DNA of 64,000 nt from contig CM007992.1 in assembly GCA_002189035.1 (NCBI GenBank), forward strand, positions 3,038,001 through 3,102,000, in the 5' to 3' direction. Every line of letters begins with the position of its first letter. Within the stretch, counting starts at the first letter, position 1. Below, one piece after another: positions 25,257-38,000 of the stretch. Made by a program: the position numbers and the translations under genes. The notes beneath the pieces were generated by a model, which had not been told where the DNA came from, did no database searches, and saw only the letters and a list, made by a program, of their open reading frames with translations. The DNA comes from Utricularia gibba (lineage: Eukaryota; Plantae; Magnoliophyta).

Positions 25257-27668
25257 ATGACTGGGGCTCGATTAGCAACTGTGAACGAGAAGATTTCAGT
25301 GAAGCGTAGGAATAACCAGTTAAATGAGGCTGCTATTCAGCTTCCTGTCCCTAATTGCAGCGAAACTACTTCTGGTAATGAGAATTGTGCCACCCATAAA
25401 AATCCCAACTCCCACAATCCCGACAAGTTGAGTACACGAGACTTGGTATCTGCCGTAGGCTATGCATGGGATCTCGCAAACAGACCCCTTTCAGTTTCTT
25501 TATCTGGAAAAAGTTCTACAATTACAAATGATTGTGGTCAGGGAGACAGTGTAGTTTACTATTCTGCTGATCAAGGAACTTTTCAAGTGTCTGCTGCAGT
25601 TGAAAGCCAATGTTCCTCAGGATGTTCTTCTGAAATTGAACATTCTGCTAGACAAGTGCAGGAGAATCACTCGTATTTGGAAGTGACAGCTCCTTCCTTT
25701 GAAAGCTGTGCTATTTCTGAATCTCCACGTGCAGGAGGACCTACTCGATTGAGAAACTTGTACTCATGGATGAATAAGGTACCAGTGTCTATGATCAGGA
25801 GTTCGTTTACTTTGGTTCAGCTTGAGAGGAGAAGCTATTTTGCTTATGGTTTGTTAGCAAACTCATGCTATGCATTTCCCTTCACTGAACCGAATTTCAC
25901 ATCGAGTGGGATGTCTTCCTCTAGGGGTGATAATGTGCAATCTTGTTCAGGTGTATCATGTAAAACTTCTGAAACCACCATGCCAGAATGTAATGAGTTG
26001 TTCAGCCAACGTAATGAAGTAGATGACTGTTCGATCTCAACTTCTAGAACTGATAAGGATTGCCAAAGAACTGATTTGGGCTCAGTGAATAACATTTCTC
26101 TATGCAACACAGATTCTCTGCAGGATAGTGAAAAGAATGATCAGACAAAGATTTCTGAAGCTGACTTCTCTCAAATTGATCATAACTTGCCAAAAGAAAA
26201 ATCGCAATGTGGACTCGCAAAGCAAGAGCATGCCTTTGCAGGAGCAATGTCTGGTGTATTTGTTAGCCTTTGTCTTCATCCTATCGATACACTTAAGACT
26301 GTTATCCAGTCATGCCGTGCTGATGTGAAGCCCCTCCATAAAATTTTCCAAACCATAATCTCAGAGAAAGGTACACATCTTTCACTTTGAAGACTAGAGC
26401 TTTTTCTCAGTAAATGACTATTAATCTAAAACAGCCCTCAGGTATATTGGGATTGTACCGTGGAATCTCTAGTAATATTTTATGTTCAGCGCCAATATCT
26501 GCTGTGTACACTTTCACCTATGAGACAGTCAAGAAAAGAACACTCCCATTATTTCCTAAGGTAGCTCCCTAATCCTTAACATGACAGTGGATTCAATAAC
26601 CTGAGCACAGAGACTGCATTGTTTTGCAGGAATATTGCTCTTTGGCTCATTGCACTGCAGGAGGCTGTGCAAGTATTGCCACCTCATTTATTTTCACTCC
26701 AAGTGAACGTGTAAAACAGCAGATGCAAGTCGGGTCTCATTATCGGAACTGCTGGTGTTATACCTTGTGCTTTTGTCCATTTTAGTTCAGCACACTAACC
26801 TTCAGCTCAATATAAATTTAGTGTTATTCAACCATCTTGATGCAGGAATGCCCTGATACAGATTCTTAAAAAGGGTGGGTTGCCATCACTCTATGCCGGA
26901 TGGGGAGCTGTACTTTGCAGAAATATCCCTCATTCAATCATCAAGGTAGCTTCTTCATGGCGTTCAAGTGCACATCTACTGTTGTTCTTTGAACTTTACT
27001 GCCTTTCAATGCTTGGTTACTTGCTTTTTATGCAGTTTTACACATACGAAAACCTGAAGCGAGTTATATCACCCTCAATCCATTCCAATCCTCAAAAAAA
27101 TACCATAGCCATGGTTCGTTTATCCTGTGAAGTAACCAACTGCTAGCCGCTCACTTTGTTCTATCTCCTACTCCTCATCAGTTTTTCTACTACAGCTAGT
27201 CTGTGGAGGATTGGCAGGATCCACAGCATCTCTGTTTACAACCCCATTTGATGTAGTCAAGACAAGATTGCAAACTCAGGTTAGTCTTTACACTTCTGCT
27301 CCTGGCCTTCAGTTTGTAAGTGCCTCAACATGAACTTGATTCCAGATTCCTGGATCCACTACACAGCATTGTGGTGTGCTTACAACTCTAGCAGAAATAG
27401 GGAAGCAAGAAGGGGTGAGAGGCCTTTACAGGTTAGATATGTTTGCTGCTACTATGGCCTGTTTGGCAGCTCGCAGTTGGAGCAATCAACTGCATCCCTG
27501 TCAAAAAAACTGCATCATTTACTGATCTGATCATTTCACAGGGGCTTGGCGCCACGGTTTGCAATGTACATGATTCAGGGAGCTCTCTTCTTTACCTCCT
27601 ATGAATCATTCAAGATACTACTCCTATCCGTACAGATCCCACACCGGGAACAAGATCAAAGACTGTAG
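25257..27668 (+). CDS. Mitochondrial carrier family protein (SAM-carrier-like) with a long N-terminal extension, 8 exons
   Basis: Three carrier repeats with PX[DE]XX[KR] signatures: HPIDTLKT, TPSERVKQ, TPFDVVKT. GLYRG/SLYAG/GLYRG motifs present. Introns traced in frame; stop TAG at 27666-27668. Confidence 0.92.
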
Positions 27669-28372
27669 CAGAGCCTCCTCTGTAATATGGTGACTTCTGT
27701 ATTTACATGGAGTCTCATTTGCAGATTTAATCATATAAATTTAAAATAATTATATTAATAATTTTCTTTTATTGTGCAACAGAGACGAATTGGTGTGGAT
27801 GCTGAACAATTATTTTTTGAAAAAAAATCATCATTAATAATTTTTATTTTTGTTATATTCTTAATAAATTGCATGAATAAATGTAATTAAAGATTTCTTT
27901 TGAATAAATTATATTTAATAATCACTTTATAAAAAAAAATTTTAAAACATAAAAAACGGATTTGGAGGTGATTTTATTTTAAAAAACTATTTGACTTTAT
28001 TTTACTAATTTCATATAACGATTATTGATAACAACAAGCACATTATTAGAAAATATGTGGATATCAGAGATACGTGAATATACGATAGTCAATATTAGAT
28101 TAAACTTACAAATTGAATATAATATTGACCTATCGCATATTTGCGTACCTTTGATATACACATATCTTCTTTTTGTTGTTCTCAATGTCGATTAAATAAA
28201 TAATTGAATTTCGTTTTTTTATTTTCTTATTATTATTATTTTGTTGTTTGGGGTATGTGTGGAGGAGATGGCGTGTGTGTTACTTTTTGCAGTAATTGAA
28301 TCGAATCAATTAACAACGACATGCAAAGAGTGATTCACTTATGGAGTTGCTTTATTTGTTCCTACGGACATC

Positions 28373-28829
28373 TCACACGCACCCTGGATTCACCGGCTGT
28401 GTGCCGGCGTTCTTCCCGGCCGCCGTCTCCCCCCTTCCGAAAATCAGAAACCCTACGCAGTGTCCCACGACCGCCACGATGAACACGCCGCCGTTGAACG
28501 ACATGATCGCCAGCATCACAAGGTACCCCAGCCCCGCCCTGATTCCATACACCACCATCTGCACCAGTCGGTTCTGCCGCCGGAGAAAATCGGCGCGTCC
28601 CAGAAACTCCGAGATCGCCGCGAACAAGAAGATCACCACGAGAGCCAGTATGTACATCCGAGACGATCGTACCCCGGCCACCCGGAGAACAGAATCTCCG
28701 TGTTTTTCCCCCAAAAGAACGTCATGTGCATCTCCACCATATCCCCGCCCCCGCCCCGTCCATGGAGTCGGAAGACGGCGGCGGAGAGCTCATACCCGGC
28801 ATACCCGGCATCGAATCGTGGTGATTCAT
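28373..28829 (-). CDS. COPT: Ctr/COPT copper transporter (COPT1/6-like), intronless, with two apparent 1-nt deletions
   Basis: Three consecutive frames give MNHHDSMPGMPGMSSPPPSSDSMDGAGAG / DMVEMHMTFFWGKNTEILFSGWPGYDRL / MYILALVVIFLFAAISEFL...YLVMLAIMSFNGGVFIVAVVGHCVG, including the Met-rich N-terminus and the MxxxM and GxxxG motifs. Confidence 0.9.
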
Positions 28830-28891
28830 GGCGGGCGATCACAAGGAGAAGTGAGATTAGGTCAAAGCTTCTTGGGTTTATGGCGTAGGGA

Positions 28892-28954
28892 TTTTATATG
28901 GGAATACCTAGGGAATGCAGTACATGTACTGCATCCCAAAAACTGTAGCAGTAC
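28892..28954 (-). promoter_or_regulatory. COPT promoter: TATA box and three GTAC copper-response cores
   Basis: TATAAAA on the minus strand at 28898-28892; GTAC at 28920-28923, 28926-28929 and 28951-28954. Confidence 0.7.
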
Positions 28955-30736
28955 ATTATTCTTTGCTTCACGGGTTGAATTTTTCCAGAGGATTTAATTA
29001 ATTAGTTAATGACTTTTTTTCCTTTTAATCCACATTAAATTTCTTTTTATTACATAGTTGACCCTGTCTTACTATTACATCTACCTGGATAAAAATAAAC
29101 AGCGTGCGTGTGCACCCATGGATTCCAAAGGCCCGCGTCTGACGTGGACATGTTATTAATTTAGATTTTTGATTAAAAAAAAGGATAATGGCGTCAAAAT
29201 TAATTTTGATAATTATTTTTAAATATTTCCGGGACACGGCGCATACGTCAGCATCACAAAAGTCAAATACATCTGTTTGGTCACATTTGAATTTATGTAG
29301 TCTTACGAATAAAATATAAATAAAGATGCGATCTCAGTTAGGGCGGGTGTGGGCCCGTTAATGGGCCTTCCGGAATCAGGTATTTAGGGCCGTCGTTTTT
29401 GGGCCCACGTGACCGAATAATAAATAATTAATCCTAATTTATTATAATCATCATCTGGAGAGTTGCAGGCAGAGGTTAGTTACAAACCCAGAGTTGAATT
29501 CTGATTGTCTTAAAGTCAGAAGATTAACCAAATGATTTTTTAATGGGTTTTTGTTTTCGATTTGATTGTCATGAACGATGTCTGAGGAGATGAGAATGGG
29601 TGGAATGTGTGGCTGTTGCCGCCTCATCTGGTTGCCCATTTCCATGACAGTTGGTCAGCATTTACTGCGCGTTGGCTGTGCTTGGATCCTGATCCAGCCC
29701 AGCCTCTCTCCCAAGGAACAGTGACTTCCCCCCTCATGGAATTTAAAACTCTTTTTCTCTCTTTCCCATTTGCTTTTCCCCTTGCAATTAAATGATTGGT
29801 AATGCTTGTTTGGTTTGCGCTGGAGCTGGAATGTTCTGCCCCTTCGTGTTCCTGATGCTGAGTTGTGAACTGGGTATGATTTCTTTCTGCTATTAAGTAA
29901 CGCATTGTCTGCGGATTTGATTTGGGAGATCTGATGTGATGGTGGTGTTCGCATTGTTGAGATCTCGAAGGGGTTTTGGTGGGGTCGATTTTACTTCAGC
30001 TGCCAATTTCCTACTGCACTGCTGTATTTCCGAGCTCCCATGTTTGTTTCAGAATGGGTGGAAAACAAATCTGGGAAGTGGGAAGTCCTTTTTCTTAGGG
30101 GAGTTCAATTCTATGGTTGAAAAGTCTTGGGGTTACGTTTTTATAATTTGATCCACCATATTTGTTTGGTGAAGCTGAATTATAGAGTGTCGGAGTGCAA
30201 TGCAGACCCCATCTGCAAAGTCTGTGTCTGTGAGATGAGAGAACAAGGATGGAGTTGGGCTGTGGGGGTCCGTTTTCTGTCTTTTGTCAATTTTTTGAAG
30301 CTTTCAACTTTGATTCATTTAACTGCTATCCAACTCCGTCCTTCAACTGAAGAAAACTCAATGCGCTGCAATCAAAATCCCCCAAATGTTCTTGTCAATC
30401 CAAATGGACACCTCCTTATTTCTTATTCTAGAGGTATTCTGGACCTGTTCATCAAACTTTTGCTGTGGCTGCATTGTCAGGAGTTAGGCTTGAAGTTGAA
30501 AGCTCATCGTGACTGTTGAGAATCTGAATTCCAAGTTGGGGCGTTCACATTACCCCGTGAGCTCGTGTGTGGAGATCCGTGAAATTTCAGAATTCACATG
30601 ACAGCTATCAAGCATGAAGTAGGCCCTGATTCAGAAATAGTGCTTTCCATTCCAAAACAGCAACCGAAATAGCTTTGGAAGTTCTCGTTTTTGAGGGCCA
30701 TTGTTATTTGCTACTGAAATCCATTTGGTTGACAAG

Positions 30737-31839
30737 ATGTCTGAAACTGAATCATACCTTTCACGGGCTTTATCACCATTTCGAGAGGAAAGTTGTGTTG
30801 AGGAGCTCTCTGTTCTTCCCAGGCATACAAAGGTTATTGTGAAAGGAAATAACAGGACAAAGAGCGTGTTGGTAGGTTTACAAGGCGTTGTTAAGAAGGC
30901 TGTTGGTCTGAGTGGTTGGCATTGGCTGGTAACTTCATCTTCTTACCACTTAATTGTCCGATCCCGATCTTCTTGTGTGCTGGGGAAGTTGAAGGCGCTG
31001 CTTTTGATGTAATGGCAGGTATTGAAGAATGGGATTGAAGTGAAACTCCAGCGGAACGCTTTGAGCGTACTTGAACCTCCCACTGGGAACGAAGAAGATA
31101 ATGACTCTGATGTTGATGATCGTACCAGTGGCTCCGACGCCGCCGAGAAAGATCGCCGTGGCTTCGGTAAGTAAACTCAAACTGGACCACTTGCTTCCAA
31201 ATGGGCATCCCTGAGTGCAATGAGATTTCATTGGACAGCTTCTAGCTTACACCTGAGCAAAAAAAGCAAGTCCAAAGCCCGCAATTCCAGACCCTGGTTT
31301 TCATCTTCCGGCAGTAGGAAGTCAGTGAACCGCGGCGGATCTAAGGAAGTTCAGTCCGGATATCAAACCTCTCGAACAGTAAGCCTTTTAAACTGTGCCT
31401 CCACTCCACGCATTCTCCCCCCCCCCCCCCCCCCCCTACTTATACAAACGTGAAACTCTTACCACATGTTGAAACAGAGAGTGAATTTGGCAAAGCTTGG
31501 GTCTGGATCCTTATGGAGATACTGGCGAGCCTTCGATCTTGTACCTATTCAGTCTCTCTAATCACGTACACCCCTTCTCCATGCTTAGTAATAACTTCAA
31601 TGTGAACCCATGTCAGGAAAGTGTATGCCCAAGCCCCTCGAAGGATCGGTTAGTCAGCACTGTGCAGCAGCATTTCTCCTCACAGGTTTGCTCTCCCCCT
31701 CTTCCTATCCTGCTTCTCTCCGCAGCAACAGCAGCTTAACTCGTCCACTTTCTGGATATTGCAGAAGGTGGACGAAGTCGGTGTGATCGTGGAATTCATC
31801 GGCGCCGCCAGGAAACGGAGACCAGGAAACCGCCCTTGA
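30737..31839 (+). CDS. SAP30 function-related protein (AFR1/AFR2-like, Sin3-HDAC complex), 6 coding exons
   Basis: EELSVLPRHTKVIVKGNNRTKSVLVGLQGVVKKAVGLSGWHWL|VLKNGIEVKLQRNALSVLEPPTG. C-terminal SAP30-like Sin3-binding region VNLAKLGSGSLWRYWRAFDL|ESVCPSPSKDRLVSTVQQHFSSQ|KVDEVGVIVEFIGAAR. Confidence 0.88.
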
Positions 31840-33169
31840 GATTTGGTAGACGCTTCTGGTTTTCCGGTGGTGTTTGTAATCTGCAAGTCGTGAGTAGGTG
31901 TACTTACCTTCAATGGCTTCCGTTGATTTTATTTGTTTTCAAAAAACATGGTCATTATCTGCGGGGTCTCTAAGATTCCTATTATTTAATGATTAGTTCT
32001 GATTATTTAGTGAAAATAAAATATTTAATTTTCATTTTCATAATCGATTTTCACACCATGATGTATCATTTTTATAATTCATCATCGTGCATATTCTAAC
32101 TTAAACTGAATCGAGTTTTTGGTTCTGGTTTGATTCTAGCTGGCGCGATTCATTTTTCTCGATCACTAACCCATTTTTGTTCAGTTTGATAATTAATTTT
32201 ATGCTGTTTCAATACATTTTTTTTAATCTTATGATTATTTTTACCTATCTGATACTTTAATTTTTCATTATTTTTAATTGATTTTATATCTTTTACATTA
32301 ATTTGATATTTTTGAAAATAAATTGTATTTTATAAATTTTAAAGATATTTGTCAGATAAATTTGAAAAGAAATTAAGCTAAACAATTTATAAATTTGATA
32401 GGGTACAAATTTCAGCCCAAGAATGAATCAAAATATGAATGTTTGATTAATAAAGATTTGAAGATAATTTTAATAGATTTAAATAAACAATTTTGATAAA
32501 AGATATTATTCAAAATCTATAACGGATAAAAGAATTATAATTTTATCATAATAAAAAAATAGTGAAAATTGATTCTTCCTGATTTTAAAAGAATTTGATC
32601 GACAACATGATTTTTTAATTGATATAAATAAATAAATTATCATTTAAAAAAATTATGGGAACTATCTACTCACTTTTTCCATATGGAGTGATTGCAATTT
32701 CACCAATAATTTCTCATTTTTAATTTCGGCGTATGGGTCGTTCCAAATTCTGCTGTGCGCCCCACCACACCGTGCCTCCTAGTGAGGAAGCCAGAAGCAG
32801 TCTCAAATTTGACCGAAAAGGATACTTTCGACCGTTTGTTTTAAATGCTAAATAATATATTTTAATTTTGACGAAAATTGGTATTATGATATGAAATAAA
32901 TATCTTAAAAATTTTATTCTTTAATTTATAAGCTACAGTAAAATATGAATGTATTTGAAGAGTAGGTCACTAATTGAATGATTTTAAAATCATATCAATT
33001 CAATACTTATATTATCAAATAAATTTATAAACTCATTTCTTAAAATATTAAACTATTACTCCATCCATCCTTTTACCTATTCAAGATACGAAACTCAAAT
33101 AAATATGGTGAATATTTGGAAACCATTTTTATTCTACTAAATTCAATTATATTTTCGTAGAATTAATGC

Positions 33170-33620
33170 TAACTTCTAAATATGTATTTGATTATTTTCT
33201 ATCAGAATTGGTTTTTGAGAATCAATTTAATTTTTGAGAAGTATGGATATGTAGTTTCTCATACAGAATTATTTTTAAGAATTGATTTTAATAAATAAAC
33301 TTACTATCATACTTATTTATTAATACAAAATTATAACTAATGCCATTTTTAAAATAAATACTAATTTGATAATATTATTTAAAATTTTGATAAATATTGA
33401 TATTATATAATGAGTTTTATTTAAATTAATTTATAAAATATGACTATTAATCAATATAGATAAATATAAAATTTACCTATAAAAATCACTTGTTATTTAT
33501 TCTATTCCAAATATTAATTAATTATATAATAATCATTTTTTTAAAAAAAATACATTCAAATATATACAAATTCTTATTCTATTATAATTTTCAATTATGT
33601 TAAAATCAATTCTGAATTTA
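33170..33620 (+). repeat. AT-rich dispersed repeat (MITE-like), copy 2 of the 6300-6720 element
   Basis: Same collinear blocks and same orientation as 6300-6720. Confidence 0.7.
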
Positions 33621-34214
33621 TTTTTCCAAATCTAGTCATAAATTTCAATCACTTAAAATCATACACTTTGAATTATGTGAGAGTCGTATAAATTTTGTGT
33701 CATGTCTTGTGGGACACAACATGAAACAGCAATGTGGATGAGTACCAACCCCACTTTAGGTGTTTGGCGATTTTCATGTGGAGACCGCTCTTCCCGAAGA
33801 AATTGAGTCAATAGTTGGAAAAAAGAAAGAATCCTCAGGAACAAAAATAATAATAATGAAAAGGAAAATGGTCGCGGAGGGGGGTTGGTGAGGGTGTGGT
33901 CTTCTAGAAGCTGACCTCTTTTGGTATGCTTCTAGAAGCCCGTTCACATCCACCACCCACCCTGGAACAACTGGATTTACTTTTTCTTTTGTTTGAAAAA
34001 AAAAAAAACGTTTTCCCAATAATAATAAATTTAAAATTAATATAAAAATACATCCGTCGATGGTGGGGAGTCGTAATCAAATCTACGGTGGTTAGCCGAC
34101 CCATGAAATGGAGGAAATCTTCCCTATGCTTGAAAATGTCCGAAAATACGAGGTTTATAGCTATGTTTCATTATTATGACTTAATTTTATTTAATCAAAC
34201 TTTATCGAACAATC

Positions 34215-34500
34215 GGATTTTCATGGATCAACACAGCCAACTGTGAACAAGCTTCGAAATGATATATTGTGTGTAAGGAGAATATTTATAATTTGTTTTG
34301 TACAATTGGATTTTCATGGACCAACGTGTCCCATTCCAAACGATTTTAGAAACAGTATGCAGTGTACACTAGGAATATTCACAGTTTGTCTAACCTTTAT
34401 AGAATAACTGGATTTTCATATATTAACATGATCAGTTCTGAACAAACTTAAAAATGGTATATCATGTAGAGCGATAATATTTATAATTTAGTCATTGGTC
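34215..34500 (+). repeat. Degenerate tandem repeat, 3 units of about 93-102 bp, upstream of RBOH
   Basis: GGATTTTCAT recurs at 34215, 34308 and 34410. Units 1 and 3 share tgaacaa..aaatg.tatat..tgt...g..aatatttataattt. Confidence 0.65.
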
Positions 34501-35001
34501 AAAGCATGAATGGGGTGGGTTATTAATTTCTTTTTATAAAAATAAAATGCTCTCCTTACCAAATTATTTTATTTTAAAATATGATGAATTAGGTGGTATA
34601 TAGATAGAGGACTTTGGAATTTGAATTTGATGCGAGTTGAATTTGGAATTCATGTGAATTTCATGTGAATATGTATGTCCAGGAATTTTGGTGATCACGA
34701 TTGTTCAATATTAACTAAAAATTGGATATTATATGATTGCCCAGCGGTTTTGACTTTGATGGGTTCGGCTTATGGTTTAAATTAGAGGGGTTAGTTCATC
34801 TAGTTTGAATTAAAGACTACGTAATTTTTTTTCCTTTTTTTGGAGGGGGTTATTAATTGGAAAAGGGGAGCGCAAGCAGGCGAGTTCACCACTTTCGCAT
34901 TCTCATTTGTACTCCGACTCTTTTCCTCTACTTTCTCCGACGCGGTTTCCTTGCTTTTCATACTCGGTTTCTGTGTATCGGTTTACCGGAACCTGAATTT
35001 T

Positions 35002-38000
35002 ATGGAATACTACGGTTCCACGGGGAGCAGCGCTGCGGCAGAGGAAGAAGAGGAATATGTGGAAGTCACTTTGGACCTCCAGGACGACGATACGATAATT
35101 CTACGGAGTGTTGAACCGGCGGCGGCGATCAGAATCGACGGAAACGATGTAGTTTCTGGTTTCGATACTCCGGCTGTTTTCTCGGCCTCCTCGTCGCGAT
35201 CTTCCACAATGCGGCGTACTGGAAGTCCCTCCAATAAGCTGTTGAGATTCTCGCAGGAGTTGAAACTGGAAGCGGTGACGAAAGCGAAGCAGTTTTCTCA
35301 GGAATTGAGGCGGTTAGGTAACGGCGGAGTGGATTCGGCGCTGACGGCTCGGGCGATGCGGCGGCAGCGGGCGCAATTGGACCGCACGCGCTCTGGCGCA
35401 CACAGAGCTCTTCAGGGGCTTAAATTCATCAGCGCTACGAAGAAAACCGGCGTCGATGCGCTGAGTGAAGTTCAGGCCAATTTCGAGAAGCTCGCGAAAG
35501 ACGGATACCTCCATCGCGCTGATTTCGCACAATGCATCGGTAATTGTTGTTGAACCTAATTGTTGTTGATTTCACATGATCAAGAAGTTCTCTCCAGGGA
35601 TGAGAGATTCCAAGGACTTCGCACTGCAACTGTTCGACGCACTGAGCAGAAGAAGAAGGCTGGTTTGCGATAAAATCAATAGGGATGAGCTCCGCGAATT
35701 CTGGTCACAGATCACCGATCAGAGTTTCGATTCCAGGCTCCAGATCTTCTTCGACATGTGAGATCACGCTTTTCAGTTTAAGATTAGTGTTCCCTTAATC
35801 CCAGTAATTAACATTCAATAATTGCGCAGGGTCGACAAAAATGACGATGGCCGGATCACAGAAGAGGATGTTAAAGAGGTAATTAAAAAGTAATAGAGTT
35901 TATTATGTTTAAATTCCCGATTAATCGTGCGGTTCCTGTTGAAGCGAGGTTGGTGGGGGTAAGTCGGTAATTCACTATATGCTTTCTTTCTATACTTAAA
36001 CACGCAGATTATAGCAATAAGTGCGTTTGCAAATAAATTGTCACGATTACAAGAGCAAGCCGAAGAATATGCAGCTCTGATCATGGAGGAATTGGACCCG
36101 AGAGACTTGGCTACATCGAGGTAACATTCAATCCTGAACTTGTTTATAATTGAGGTCTTTTTTCTTAACTTTTAATTTACAATTACTTATATCAAACAGG
36201 AATATTTTCTGCTAATAAACCACCAATTGACTTATTTTTTGTAACTTTCTGATTATCCTGTCAACATCCATGCCCACAGCAATGTCAATATTTGGATGGT
36301 GTTTTTGGTATTATACATAAACTTTTTTCAATGGCAGGATTTGGTATACATAACAGTATTACTTTTGAAAGAAAAAAAAAAGTGTGGAAATTCCTGCTAT
36401 AATGGTGGGCATGAAACCCATGATCAAAATTCGTACATGTAGGCCTGGCATGACCAACCGTTCTCAACATGTCTCTCAGACCTCAGTCTTCACGCGTGTT
36501 TCCCATTTTTGCATGTGAAAGAAATGTTGATTTCTTTCCTTTATTTGCATATTTTTCTCTGAAAAAAATAAAAATAGAATTAAAAAATATTTTGATTCAA
36601 GTATTAGAATCTACAGATGATTTTATTATTAGGCTTCACTAATCTAATGAAAGTGTACAACGATGCAGCTATGGCAATTGGAAACTCTGCTGCTGCAAAA
36701 GGACACGTACTTGAACTACAGTCAAGCATTGAGTTACACGAGCCAGGCACTTAGCCAGAACCTCTACGGCCATAAGAGCAAGGGGCCCATCACCAGACTG
36801 AGCAACCGTTTACTCTATTTCTTCGAGGAGAATTGGCAGAGGGCATGGGTGCTTGCACTGTGGATAGCTGTGATGATCGCACTTTTCACTTGGAAGTTCA
36901 TGGAGTACAAGCAAAAGGCAGCTTTCAAAGTCATGGGATACTGTCTTCTCACTGCCAAAGGCGCAGCAGAGACTCTGAAGCTCAATATGGCTCTTATTCT
37001 GTTCCCTGTTTGCAGGAATACTATCACTTGGCTGCGATCCTCGCGTCTCGGTCATGTTGTGCCCTTTAACGACAACATCAAGTTTCACAAGGTACGACGC
37101 TTAGACTCCTTACACATTGAAATTTCTCACGCATATTCTAAACTCTGGAGTTGAACAGACCATTGCAGCGGCAATCGTGCTTGGTGTAATACTTCATGCT
37201 GGTAACCATCTCACATGCGACTTTCCAAGGCTTATAAACGCGTCAAACGCAACCTATGATCTTTATATGACTGAGGCCTTCGGTTCTAAGAAACCTACAT
37301 ACTTGGACCTTGTTAAGGGTGCCGAGGGAATAACAGGGATTCTAATGGTTATCTTCATGGCCATCGCCTTCACCTTGGCCACACATATGTTTAGGAGGAG
37401 TAAGATTAAATTGCCTAAGCCATTCAATAAGCTGACTGGCTACAATGCTTTTTGGTACTCCCATCATCTCTTCGTCTTGGTCTACATCCTGCTTGTCATC
37501 CATGGCTACTTCCTTTATCTTGTCCATGATAGGTATAAGAAGACGGTGCGTATCGAGATACTCGAACCCTTCCACTTGGAATCAAGAAACAATGCCTTAG
37601 TAATTTCTTCTTCTTTTTGCTGCAGACATGGATGTACCTTGCTGTCCCTGTTCTTCTATACGCTGGAGAAAGAATATTTAGATTTTTCCGAGCGGGCTTA
37701 AGTAGCGTCCGGCTTTTGAAGGTCTGTGTTAACTTCTTCTTCTTCATTTCCCTTGAAGTTGATTCACGTCATGAATTATACCAGTTTCCCGAATCTATTA
37801 TGTTCCCATCAGGTGGCGATATATCCTGGAAACGTAATTTCATTACACATGACTAAGCCTCCACAATTTAGATTCAAGAGCGGGCAATACATGTTTGTTC
37901 AGTGTCCAGTGGTTTCTCCATTTGAGTGGTGAGAACATCTTCAAGTAGCAAACCCTCAGCATTTGCGCACAGGAACCTAACACAGTTTGGCCCTGATAAC

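Noticed and set aside
33057-33075. TACTCCATCCATCC, similar to a Stowaway TIR
   Set aside because: No matching inverted end found downstream.
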